Below are positions 52,345-64,000 of a DNA stretch of 64,000 nucleotides, in pieces. The stretch's first letter is position 1, and each line of letters opens with the position of its first letter. The notes beneath the pieces were generated by a model. The model did no database searches and had not been told where the DNA came from. It saw only the letters and a program-made list of their open reading frames with translations. Origin of the DNA: Chiloscyllium plagiosum (taxonomy: Eukaryota); the NCBI RefSeq assembly GCF_004010195.1, contig NC_057718.1, positions 58,773,325-58,837,324 of the forward strand. The letters are read 5' to 3'. A program made the position numbers and the translations under genes.

Positions 52345-52396
52345 TGTGTGTGTGTGTGTGTGTGTGTTTGTATATATATATATACATATATATATA
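52345..52396. repeat. (TG)n(TA)n microsatellite within the Gypsy 3' UTR
   Basis: gtgtgt run followed by tatata run. Confidence 0.9.
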
Positions 52397-52437
52397 AAAA
52401 CATTAAATAAATACAAATCTCATCTAAACTTTATCAG

Positions 52438-53650
52438 TTAAGTCCACGATAACGCATCTGTGATTACATTCGTATGACCCACAACGTGTACACTTTTTAA
52501 ATTAAAATTCTGTAATATAAGACTCCAATGAAATAGTCTCATATTTTTGTCTTTAAAGTGTTCTAAGAATGTAAGAGGATCATGATCCATGTACGCAATC
52601 ATCTCCAAAACACTGATCGTGCCATACACATTAAAATGTTCTAAGGCCAGTACCAAACTCAACAGTTCTTTTTCGATTGTGGAGTATTTCCTCCGGTGGA
52701 TGTTGATCTTCTTCAACAAGTAACCAACTGGCACTTCAATCCCATCCTCATCTTTCTGCTGGAGTATAGCTCCAATTCCTATGTCACTAGCGTCGATGGT
52801 GATGTTAAAAGTTTTTGAGAAGTTTGGTGATGCTAAAACGAGTTTGATGGTTAATATGGCTTTCAAATGGTTGAATACCTGCTAGCATTGTTCTGCCGCC
52901 GAACCTTTGTGTTCTTCTTCAGCAAATTGGTTAACGGTCCCACGATGCTGCTGAAGTTTGGAACAAACACCCGATAGAATCTGCTGAGTACTCAGAATTG
53001 AAGCATCTCTTTCTTCAAGGTTGGTTGTGGAGATTCCTTGATGGCCATTGCATTTATGTTCCCGTGGGGTCAACCTTCCTAGACCGATGTTATGTCCCAA
53101 GATCGTGGCCTCTGCTTTTGTGAATTCTGTCTTATTTAAGTTTATCACCAGTTTTTCCTCTTGTAGCCATTCAAAGATCTTACAAAATATCACTACCACA
53201 TCCAAATAGATTGCACAGTTTGTTAACCCAGCCACAACTCTGCTCATGAATCTTTGGAATGTGGAGGGATGTTCTTCATCCCAAAGGGCATTATTTTAAA
53301 CTGATAAAGCCCACTTATGGTTACAAACGCAGAAATTGACTTTACCCTCTCAGATAAAGGTCCCTGCCAGAAACCACACATTAAGTCCAACTTGGTGATG
53401 TTACCGGCTTGTCCGACTTTCCCGATACCGACTTTCTCGATACCGTCTTCCAATCTAGGATTTGGATATGAGTCCGATTTTGTAACAGTGTAGACCTTCC
53501 GATAACCCACACGGTATCGTTGAGTCCCATCCGGGATGGGAACTAAGATGATCCGTGAACTCCACTTGCTCTGGCTTGGTTCGATGATGTCCTTGTCAAG
53601 CATGACCTCCACCTCCATCTGGACCTGACTGGCTTTGAAAGGATTAAGTT
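52438..53650 (-). pseudogene. Gypsy RT and RNase H remnants
   Basis: DSYPNPRLED, KLDLMCGFWQ, GLYQFKIMPFGMKN, AIYLDVV (YLDD box); DASDIGIGAILQQ, YSTIEKELL, DHDPL. Confidence 0.92.
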
Positions 53651-54034
53651 AATAGGGGTGTTGTTTTCCCTATGTCTACTTCATGTACAATAGCATTAGT
53701 CCTCCCCATCTGATTCTTACATACATCCTTATACTGCAGTAAGAAATGTTTCAACTGTGTTCTGTGCTCCTGAGACAGATAGCTTACTAATCTATCCCAC
53801 TCCTCCAGGGCCTCCACATCATCTGGATTTGATTCCTTACTCTGCGGGGCAGTAACTAACACCTGTTTCTCCAGTTCTTTCTCTCCAGTCCTATACGGTT
53901 TCAACATGTTCACATGACATACCCAATACCTTTTTTTTCTATCTGGCATCTTTGCCAGATTGTTGACCTGACTCAACTTTTTCTCAATTTGATAGGGATC
54001 ATTAAACCTGGCTTTGAAGTGATCACCTATCACT

Positions 54035-54298
54035 TTAGGGTATAGGTTTGCTCGCTGAGCTGTAGGTTTGATATCCAGACGTTTCATTACCTGGCTAGGT
54101 AACATAATCAGTGGCGACCTCCAAGTGAAGCGAAGCTGTTGCCTCCTGCTTTCTATTTATATCTTTCTCCTGGATGGGGTTCCTGGGGTTTGTGGTGATG
54201 CCATTTCATGTTCGTTTTTTGAGGGGTTGATAGATGGCATCTAGATCTATGTGTTTGTTTATGGCGTTGTGGTTGGAGTGCCAGGCCTCTAGGAATAC
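54035..54298 (-). mobile_element. Penelope-like family B 3' fragment inserted in the Gypsy pol
   Basis: 11-bp TSD cacctatcact (54024-54034, 54299-54309); minus strand encodes FLEAWHSNHNAINKHIDLDAIYQPL (GIY-YIG-like C-terminus), then a hammerhead motif at 54075-54114. Confidence 0.8.
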
Positions 54299-54309
54299 CA
54301 CCTATCACT

Positions 54310-55330
54310 AACATATCATCCCCTCTGGAAAACATCTGAGACTCAGAGCTTTTTATCTGCTACCTGCTTCATTCTATACCATGCCCGCTTAAGGTGCCAT
54401 TTAGCTAATGCATCCACTCGATTTAATCTCTCTCTCGCCTCCGATACGTAATCTAAGTGCGAGGTCTCCAACTTTAATCCTGTCAATTTTTCTTTTATTA
54501 ATGTCAAAGGGCCTCTCACTTCATGACCAAATATTAACTCAAAGGTATTTAACTGAGTAGATTCATTTGGGGCATCTCTAATGACAAACAATATGAATGG
54601 GATACCTTTATCCCAATCATTCGGGTAATCCTGACAGTATGCTCTCAACATGGTCTTCAAGGTCTGATGCCACCTTTCTGAAACTCTCCTGGATTCAGGA
54701 TGATATGCACTGGATTTAAAGTGCTGTATAACTAAGCTATCCATAACCTCCTTAAACAGCCTAACAGTAAAATTTGATCCTTAGTCCAACTGAATCTCTC
54801 TGGGTAGCCCATACCACGTGAAGAAAGTTACTAATTCCTCTACCACTTTTTTTGCCTTACTACTCTATAATGGCATTGTCTCCGGAAATCTGTTAGACAC
54901 ATCCATTACGGTTAACAGGTACTGGTTCCCACTTTTCGTTCTTGGGAGGGGACCAACACAATCAATTATAACCCAGGTGAAAGGCTCTTCAAATGCAGGA
55001 ATTAGCTACAAAGGTGCTGGTTTTATTGCCGCCTGTGACGTACCTACCATTTGGCATGTTTGACACGCACAGGAAAAGTTGACCACATCCTTGTGCATTC
55101 CAGACCAATAGAAATGTTTTTGTTCTTTAGCCTGAGTCTTTCATGCCCCTGGATGACCTCCTACAGGTAGTTCATGTGCTATCCGTAGCCCCTCCTGCCT
55201 GTATGCTACCGGCAACACAACCTGGGGCACTTCGGCCCATTTCTCCTCTGCACTAACCTGCCATGGTCTCCATTTCTGTCTTAGGATTCTATCTTTCAGA
55301 TAATAAATCTCCGGAATATTCTCTGCTGCC
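54310..55330 (-). pseudogene. Gypsy integrase remnant
   Basis: AHELPVGGHPG...CACQTC (HHCC), IIDCVGPLP, EIQLD*GSNF, SSAYHPES...ERWHQTLK. Confidence 0.9.
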
Positions 55331-55929
55331 TTTTCGGACTACGCATCTACATATATATCTTGTATCATCTTGTCTTGGTAATTTGTGGGATAGATGGACA
55401 GAAATTTAGCATTCCCTTATGTAAGATCAGGTTGGAGTGCTAACTCAAGACTTGGGAAGTTACAGTGGGAGTGATTGACAAAGTGTCAATTCCAGGAATT
55501 CAGTTCATTCTTGGGAATGATTTGGCAGGATCCAAGGTGGGAGTGATACACCTTGTTGTGGAGAAGCCCAAGGAAGACCAAGAACAGGCAGAGGGTCAGT
55601 CGGAAGTGTTAGTAACTTTCTTCACATGGTATGGGCTACCCAGAGAGATTCAGTTGGACCAAGGGTCAAATTTTACTGCTAGGCTGTTGCAAGCCTCTTA
55701 GCATTTCAGGATTAAACACTTCTGCCTGATCCTCTGCCTGTTCAGGCTTTTCCTGCACCATTACATCAAACAGAATATCCACTAACTGAACCTCAACTCC
55801 TTCATATTTTTCTTTACTTTTCACTTCGTGCTGTGACTTATGATCTGGTTGCCACACAGTCTGGGAGAATACCAGGATATTTCTGTTTTAACTCCTCAGT
55901 TTCTTGGTCTTCCTTGGAAGTATTAACTC

Positions 55930-58922
55930 CATACCCAGCCCCTGCCCATGCTGTGCACTCTCCTGCAGCTCCTTGACTTTTCTTGGGGTTTCCTTTACTA
56001 CCTTCACAAATGCCACTGGCCTAGCTTTTTTATGCCACATCTTTTCCCACAGTGCCTTTCTTTAATAACCAGCACTGTGACTTTACTTGCCACACTTTAC
56101 CAAACCTGAGGCCTTTCACGTCCTTTCCACCCTCTTGGGCTTCTTTTTTATTCTGTGGTAAATCATTACTAGTGCTCTCTACTCTTGGTTTTGTAGTGTA
56201 GGATCTCCCCATCTCCGAACTTCTATCCCTCACAGGACGAAATTCTGGCTGGAAGATTGTCTTAGACACCAACATGTACTCATCTGCTAATTCTGCTGCC
56301 CTTCTCACTTCCTTAACTTTCTGTTCCTCCACATGAATTCTTGCCATCTTTGAAAGTGAGTTTTTAAAATCCTCCAGCAGAATAATTTCTCTTTGAGCCT
56401 CAAAAGTCATATCTATTTTCAAAGCACGCGCCCATTGATCAAAATGACTATGTTTAATTCTTTTGAACTCAACATAAGTCTGACCTGGTTCCTTCTTTGA
56501 GTTTCTGAACTGCTGTCTATATGCTTCTGGTACCAATTCATCAGCACTTAAAATGTCCTGTTTAACCGGTGACTATGGCAAGGACTGAATGACATCACAG
56601 GTTCTAAGAAGAGACAGTGCAAGATAGCAGATGATGACATATCCCTGCCAGATCATCTCAATACCTTCTATGTTGCTTTGAGCAGAATTTTGGTGGAGAG
56701 GTAACACCTATTCTGACAAGTCCTGAAGAACCTATCCCAACAGTCACTGCATCAGAGGTCATATCAGTTTTCATTTGTGTGAATGAGACCAGACGGTGTA
56801 CCAGGCCGTGCACTCAGAGCATACACAGATCAACTGGCAGAGGTCCTCTCAGACATCTTCAAACTAACCCTGCAGCAGGCCACTGTTCCTGCCTGTTTCA
56901 AGAGGGCCAACACCATCCCTGTGCCTAAGAAGGTTCATGCAGCATGTCTCAATGACTACCGCCCTAACTTTGGGGGTCATGAAGTGCTTTGAAAGGCTGG
57001 TCATGGCATTAAGCAACTCCAGCCTCCCCATTACTCTTGACCCACACCAATTTGCCTATCGGACCAACAGATAAACATCAAATGCCATATCACTTGCCCT
57101 TCATACTCCCTAGCACATCTTGACACCAAGAACAGCTACGTAAGAATCCTACTCATTGACTACAGTTCAGCCTTCAACACTATTTGCCCTCGAGATTGAT
57201 TACTAAGCTTAGTGAACTCATACAAAGCACCACTCTGCAACTGCATCCTCAGTTTCATGACCCACAGGGCACAATCAGTGAAGATTGGGGACAATATTTC
57301 ATCGTCACTAACACTCAGCACTGGAGCCCCCCAGGGCTGTGTACTCAGTCCCCTGCTGTACTCACTGTATACCCATGACTGCATCGCCAGATACCACAAT
57401 AATGCCATTTACAAGTTCGCTGTTGACACCACCATAGTCGGTCGAATCTCAGATGGCGATGAAACAGATTACAGACGGGAGGTGGAAGACCTGGAAAAAT
57501 GGTGCATTGAGAAAAATTTAGCTCCCAATGTTGGCAAAACCAAGGAGCTCATTATTGACTTTCAGTGGGATGTTCCTCATGCGCCCCTACACATTAACAG
57601 CACAGGGGTGGAACGAGTGAAGAGTGTCAAGCTCCTGGCTGTGGTCATCCACAACAAGCTTTCTTGCCTCTTCATGTGGAATCACTGGTTACAAAGGCCC
57701 AACAATGTCTCTTCTTCCTCAGGCAGCTGAGGAAATTTGCCAACTTTTATAGGTGCACCATCGAGAGCATTCTGTCTGGATGTACTACTACCTGGTATGG
57801 TAATTGTACTATTCAAGATCAGAGACAGTTACAGAGAGTGGTGAACTCGGCCCGGACAATCACAAAGGCCAATCTCCCATCTATGGAATCCATCCACCAG
57901 GTCCACTGACAAAGGAAAGGCCGCCAGCATTCTCAAAGATCCATCCCAACCTGACAATATTTTTCTACAATCTCTACCATCAGGGAGAAGGTAGAGAAGC
58001 CTGAACACATGCACCAGCTGGTTTTGAAACAGTTTCTAGCCTATTGTTATTAAAATACTGAATGGACTCATAACCTCTTAGCATTCACCTGTACCTGTGT
58101 TTTGGTTTTTGCCACTGTTTATCTATTATTTACTATCTATGTTGTTTAACTCTGTGATCTGTCTGTATTGCTCGCAAGACAAAGCTTTTCACTGTGCCTC
58201 GGTACACATACAATAAATTCAATTCAATTCAATTCAATAATCTCTTGACCCCTCATCTGACAGCACGGCAAATACCTCACTAGCTCTGCCTACCAGTTTT
58301 GTCTGAAATAGCATTACCAAAAATCCTTGGATGACTCCATCTGCCTAGCCAATTTTTGAAATGAAACAATGAAGGCTTCAACATCTTCCTCATCAAAATG
58401 CAGCAGAGCTTTGACATATTTGTGTATATCGCTACCTTCTCTTTTAACCTCCATTCTGTTAAGTTGACTTTGCTGATGAAGTTGCAACTTCTCAAGTTCA
58501 AATTCTCTCTTATTGTCTCTCCCTTTCTTCTCTCTCTCTTTGCTCAGCTATAAATCTTCTCTCTCTCTTTTTCCTCTCTCTCTCTATCTTTTGACTTCTC
58601 CCTCTCTTCCTCTCTCCCCTCTGTCTCTCTCATTTTGTTTATCTTCTAACTCCAATTCCCTCAACTGTAATTTCAGTTTTTCTACCTCTACTCCACTTGT
58701 CTGTTTGAGTAATTCCCTTACAATTTCAGCTTTACGTTTGTCCTTGGTTAAATCCAAATCTAACTTTTTTGTCAATTCTAAAAGTATGGCCTTTTTCTTT
58801 CCTTCTAAACTTGCTTGGCAAATTTGAAAATCATCTTCGAATCCCAGAGCCTCTTTAGCAATATTAAGAGCCATTTCTCTCACTTTTAATTCAATCAACC
58901 ACAAGTCAATGAAATTAAGCAA
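55930..58922 (-). pseudogene. Gypsy gag remnant with SCAN-like capsid domain, split by Rex1
   Basis: Charged coiled-coil N-terminus (58584-58922); VPEAYRQQFRNSKK...REIILLEDFKNSL...AAELADEY (56030-56536). Confidence 0.85.
56568..58237 (+). mobile_element. Rex1/Babar LINE, 5'-truncated, inserted in gag
   Basis: PDGVPGRALRA, IPVPKK...[37 protein letters not shown]; (aattc)n tail. Confidence 0.9.
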
Positions 58923-59040
58923 ATTGTCTCACTTAAGTTTTATTTAAAGATCTAGGACACTAACCTGTAAATGTTTAAATCTGCTGGGATTTTTCATACC
59001 CACCCCCCAAATCTATTCAAATCTGTCTAAACCACTTAAA

Positions 59041-59060
59041 ATCTTGACGATGCGCCCACA
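59041..59060 (-). promoter_or_regulatory. Degenerate tRNA-Pro-type primer binding site
   Basis: Minus tgtgggcgcatcgtcaagat next to the 5' LTR resembles TGGGGGCTCGTCCGGGAT. Confidence 0.55.
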
Positions 59061-59063
59061 AAC

Positions 59064-59754
59064 TGTTATGGCACGGGGTAAACCCTCCTGCTTAATTTAA
59101 ATCTGCAACACAGAAAAGATTTATCCCGTGTAGTAATCTGTGAGAATTTGAGAGACTAAGAACTACTTAAAGTAAAAGTAACAACTTTATTTCTTAAAGT
59201 ATAACAGAGGGTAATTAACTAACAACTATTTACAACTCTTTCCTCTAAAATATCTTTTACCTTCCCATCCTACAATACGAGTCCAATAAAACCCCCGATT
59301 AAGATTTACCAAAATTCAACTTTTCAAAAAGTAGCCTGTCGTTGAATCTTTTTTTCTTCTTCTTAGGGATTTCTGCTTTACAGGTTACTGAACAATAAAG
59401 GCACCTTTGAGAGAGCTATTCTCTGGACAGTCTGCAGATGTCATTGGCTTGGCAGTTCTCCTCCCAACTGTTCAATTTTCCCCGGTCTTATACTGCTAAA
59501 GCATCAGATTGTGTCATTGGCTTTTAAGCTTGTCAATATAGGAAATTCAAACTTGATTGGAGTTCATAATTTTTTGGTGTATAATTTGAATGGTCGGCCT
59601 AATTTGAATCTGATTTTTTTGTGTCCAGGCAACCCAGCTAATCTAGCTTTCGACCAAGTGTTACATTGTTACGTTACTCAGTACACTTGGTGCTGTCAGG
59701 TAGTTCTGCTAGCTTTAACTCACTTAAAGGTAAAGTACACCCACATCTTCATAA
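59064..59754 (-). repeat. 5' LTR
   Basis: Direct repeat of 51521-52212 with many substitutions; terminal 2 bp missing at 59755. Confidence 0.92.
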
Positions 59755-61139
59755 GTGCTTAAGATCTGGAATGCACTGCTTGAGACTATGGTGGAAGCAA
59801 GGTCATCTGAGGCTTTCAAAGAAGGATTGATTCTTTATCTGACAAGGAAACAAATTGGAGTGATCTGCTGTAAGGCAGTGAAATAGCACGATGTTGATTT
59901 CTGCTTAGAGAGCCAGAACAGCCACGTTGGATCAAATAGCTCCTATGCTCTAACCATTTCATGATACTAACACACTAAGTACAAGGCTCAAAATGAAGTT
60001 ACAATTCATAAGGAAACAAGCTAATTAATTCTGTGCCTCCTCATTTGTTAAAGTAATCTAATTCCATTGCTCCCAATAGCACTAATTTTTATTTGCTTAA
60101 ATTCATTATCCATTTTTTGCTGTAAAAAAACCCATGATCTCTGTTTCAACCACTTTGTGTGTCTAAGTGTTGCATACCCAAATAATCCTTTTAAAGAACT
60201 ATTTCTAAACTCTGCCAATCTCTTCATGACAGATTTAATTGCGAGGTTTCTTTATTAGTAACTAACCAGAAATAATAGTCTTTCTCTCTTCACTTTATCA
60301 ATTCCTTCATAATTTAAAAAAACTTCTATAAATCCCCTCCCAAGCATTCGTATCATGATAATAATAATTGCAGCCTTTGCAGCCTCGTTTCTTAACCATC
60401 AATTTCCATGGCTGATATTATCTTTGAGATTATGAAACCTTGCAGGAATTTTTCTGTAAACAGTGGCTTGATCACTTATTTGATATGGAGACCAACCTCT
60501 GTACAAGGTTATTTTCTTAATTTGTACACATCATGGTAACCCAGTCAGTAAAAGAGATAAATTATTGACTTTGGTTGAAAATATAATATAGCCAGACACT
60601 CTGAGATCTTCTTGTTTAACTCAAGTATATCGTAGGGTTTTTTAAAAAACTGAAGATGTCCAGAGATCCTCAGTTTAATGTATGATCTGAAATAAGTAAT
60701 ATTTAATAATATTACTTCAATACATGTGTGTCCACTTAGATAATTTACTCAAGTCTTGAAATAGCCCTGGAGCTGTAAGTATTTTAACACGTTGACAAAC
60801 TATGCGTACTGCACATGCTCCCTTTAATTTTGAACAACTGAATTTTCACTTGTACAATAAAAGAACAGATGGCACAATAAATAAAATATCAGTTTTAAAA
60901 CATTTTCAAAGTGATGGTGTGATGAATATTTTTAATTTATTTCATTCCTTTGTTTCCTATTTGTTCATAGCTGGATGAAGTATTGCAGTTGATGTAGAAG
61001 CCCTATATGTGCAATTGTTATGGGAGGGTCATCTTGAAAAGTTCATTAGAGCACTTCAGAAAGCAGGTAATGATTGATTATTTCATATGCTGATATGGAG
61101 AGAAACTGTAACACAGGTCAAAGCTAGTTCTGCTGAGTC

Positions 61140-61630
61140 ATAGAACAAGATGAGCGAGTGGGTGAATGCATGGCAGACAAAGTAAATTTTGGATAAATGT
61201 GACATTATTCAATTATATAGAAAAAGCAGGACAGCAAATTATTAACTGAGGAGGGACAATGTTTTTACACAAAGGGTGGGGTTCACATGTGGAATGACCT
61301 TCCGGAGGAAGTGGTGAATGTGTGCACAGTTACAATGTTTAAAAGACACTTACGTAAGTGCATGAAGAAGATCAGTTTGGGGAGATATGGGCCAAGAGCA
61401 GACCGGTGGCAAGAGTTCAGTTTGAGCTTATGTTCCATATGGACTGGTTAAACCAAAACATCTGTTTCTGTGCTGTTTGACTCTATGACTCCATGGTTAG
61501 ATAGATTGGGAAATGGGGAAGGGGCAATGAGACCTGGATGTCCTTGTACACCAGTTGCTGAAAGTAAGCATACAAATGCAGCAAATGGTGAAGATGGCAA
61601 ATGGTATGTTGGTCTTCTTAACAGGAAATC
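61140..61630 (+). mobile_element. Nested CR1 fragments
   Basis: RT fragment interrupted at ~61250-61492 by a CR1 3' tail (tgactctatgactc), resuming with agacctggatgtccttgtaca. Confidence 0.7.
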
Positions 61631-62139
61631 ATTGAAGATTTCTATCAAGTTAGCCACTGAATGACGAGCACATGAGCTGACAGGAGCGAAATGAGGGTGA
61701 CGTGGCAAACTTGCCTCCATCCAGCATGCCCCTCCTATGGGTGCTGGAGAAAGAGTCTCAGTGGAGAGGAGTAAAATGATATTCTGATCAACTTCTCTTC
61801 CTGTTGACTGCTATCTCACCTAATTTCCAATATGGAGGAACCATCATTGAGCTGATGTTTCACTTTCATGAACAGCATAAAGTTCTACTTGTTGTATTCC
61901 CTCTCAATTTTTCTTTGGGAATTTCTGAGCTCTCAGTCTTGTTCCTCTAACAGTAACATTATTATGTTTGCATTAGAAGATTGTCAGTTTAAGCACCCCT
62001 CCAAAAGGCTGAAATGCCATAATCCAGAGTAACATTAGGAAACTGACATTTATGTGATCAAGCAAAAATGGTTACTATTCAAAAAATTATTCATTGGTTG
62101 TAAAATGCTGGGGAATATCATGGGGTGGTAATGTGAGGA

Positions 62140-62815
62140 TTCATCTGGTCGAATAATGAGGAGAGACAATATGAATAACAGTTAAATTTCTAAATGGGAT
62201 GCAGGAGATGAGGGACTTGGGGTTGTAAGTGCACAGGGTGACACTTGAAGATGACAGGGCAGGGTGAGAAAACAGCTAAAACATTATATAGTATGAAATA
62301 AAGGTTCACCCTCAACAAGAGTTTGTGTCCGCTGAAAGGAAGTGAACACATTGGAGACGGTGAAGAAATGTTTTGTAAGAATATTTCTACAGATGAAGAA
62401 CTCCAGTTAGCAAGATGGAGTAGATAAACTGGAAATGTTCTTCTTGGAGAAGGGAATGTTAAGAGATCTCATGGATTGCCTGGAGAGAGTATGTAAGGAG
62501 AACTCAGTTCAATTGGCAAAAGGATCACATGTAGAGTGCACAGATTTAAGATGGTTAACAAAAGTAGAAATGGTGAAGTGAAGAAATCTTTCTTATGTTG
62601 TGGGTAATTAGAATCTGTAATTTTCTAACTCAGAGTGCGCCAAAGACATATCCAAATGTGGTTTTCAAAATGAAATTAGACAGTTATCTGAGGAGAAAAC
62701 ACCTGTATAGTTATAGGGAAAAGAAGACAGTGGTGGGACTTGGTATTCTATTCTTGCAAATACCCACAATAAACTAAATAGACTCCTCTGTGTTGTGACA
62801 ATTCTATGATTCTTT
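62140..62815 (+). mobile_element. Old CR1 3' fragment
   Basis: Degenerate agggacttgggg...agagtgcacagatttaag...attctatgatt. Confidence 0.6.
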
Positions 62816-64000
62816 TGTTCTGTGTTCCCATGTAATTAAAAACACGTTTTTGTCGTAATTGTACAAAATTGTTATCCGTGCAGGGGTTTATTTCAGCCAA
62901 TTTTGTCCTTCATAAATAGTAGTTTAATGTTGCTAACAGATAGCAAAGTATATGGCTGTATAGATAGTTTAACAGAAGGCTGTCATTTTCATTCTCATGG
63001 TCTTCAGCTTTTATTGAAGGTGTGTCAATTCTGCCACTGATATGAAGGCTGGTGTAGATTACTGCATCTTCAGTTCATAAATTACTTTATCAGAACTTAT
63101 TGGCAATATTTCAGCCAACCTCTTAAGGGCTTATCTTTCTTGAGGTTGAAAGCTTTCTAGAATCAGGCAATATGTAATTTGTGCAACACTGGGACTTCAC
63201 TGAGTGAATGTATCCATTGGGTTTAGAGATGCAATTCAAAGAATAATGTTTTAATGCGAGTTTATTTTTAGTAATGTTTTATCGGAAGAGCCATTATTTC
63301 TGATAGTGAAAAGTATCCTTTGTCATGCAGATGTTTAATCTCTAATTGTGGTTTATCAGGATCAACAACCAAAGGAGAATTCTGAAGACAAATCATTCCG
63401 GACTCAAAACGTTAACTCTGTTTTTTGTCTCCACAGATGCTGCAGAAATGCTGAGCATTCTCTGTGATTGTGTCACTTTGCCTATGTAACTATATGGCAA
63501 CTTCATGAGTGGTGCTAATTACACTCTTTTAGGTATTAATCCTTTCAGACCGATATACTACATTCCACCTCCATCAAGTCTTTGTTCCAATTTCTGTTTT
63601 GTTATTAGGAATATCAACTTTTTCTATCTACATACTATCCATTCCCCCAAATCTCTAGCTCCAAGGATTTAGTCAGTTCGGAGGTTTCACTATTCTCCCT
63701 GATTTTGATTACTTTTGACTTTGAAGGATAGTCCTTTCTCTCTCTCTGTTACAAAGTGAAAAGAGTGCATGATCACTTTAAGACAGGAAGTACTTTCTAA
63801 GTTTAAGGTACAGCAAAGGCTGGCAGTATTCAGAACAGTTAAGAGACAGGCTGTTCCAATGTAGATGCATGCAACCATTGGCTGTTAGATGGATACCTGA
63901 GGTTTGGTTGCTGTTTTGATGACAATTCAAATCTAATCAATCAATTTAAACTAAACACCCAACTCTTCAAAGCCAATCAAATTTAAAATCTGATGATGCT

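Larger units (their letters stand above)
51521..59754 (-). mobile_element. Decayed Gmr1-type Gypsy LTR retrotransposon
   Basis: Two ~690-bp direct LTRs; minus-strand order PBS, gag, integrase, RT, RNase H, PPT; many stops and frameshifts; nested Rex1 and Penelope-like insertions. Confidence 0.92.

Noticed and set aside
59750..59762. Target-site duplication for the Gypsy element
   Set aside because: The right LTR lacks its terminal bases and no copy of the left flank catg follows; likely a small deletion, so no TSD is called.
1..64000. CRISPR array or prokaryotic operon
   Set aside because: No regularly spaced repeat-spacer array; the DNA is eukaryotic and intron/TE dominated.
22767..64000. 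Terminal CCDC85A exon (expected VVWRKLG...)
   Set aside because: Not found by eye; probably beyond the window, though I may have missed it.

Overview
AT-rich vertebrate genomic DNA with a repeat content typical of a cartilaginous fish (HE1-type SINEs, abundant CR1; probably a shark, by inference). Host coding sequence: two phase-0 exons on + (18045-18164, 22674-22766) that I recognise as the C-terminal region of a CCDC85-family gene, most likely CCDC85A. I did not find its terminal exon, so most of the window appears intronic. The rest is a dense, nested transposon landscape: many CR1 LINEs, two Rex1/Babar LINEs, HE1 and Deu-type SINEs, a Tigger/pogo transposase remnant with MITEs, a 5'-LTR/gag remnant, and an 8.2-kb decayed Gmr1-type Gypsy element (SCAN-like gag, integrase upstream of RT). 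The most striking signal is a set of short Penelope-like insertions from three families, each with a minimal hammerhead-ribozyme core (CUGANGA-stem II-GAAAC-GUH). Five of them are 200-490 bp palindromes with a 31-38 nt unpaired tail and 14-16 bp target-site duplications, and one has captured an inverted copy of its own target flank. All calls are by eye without database searches; boundaries of old repeats are approximate.
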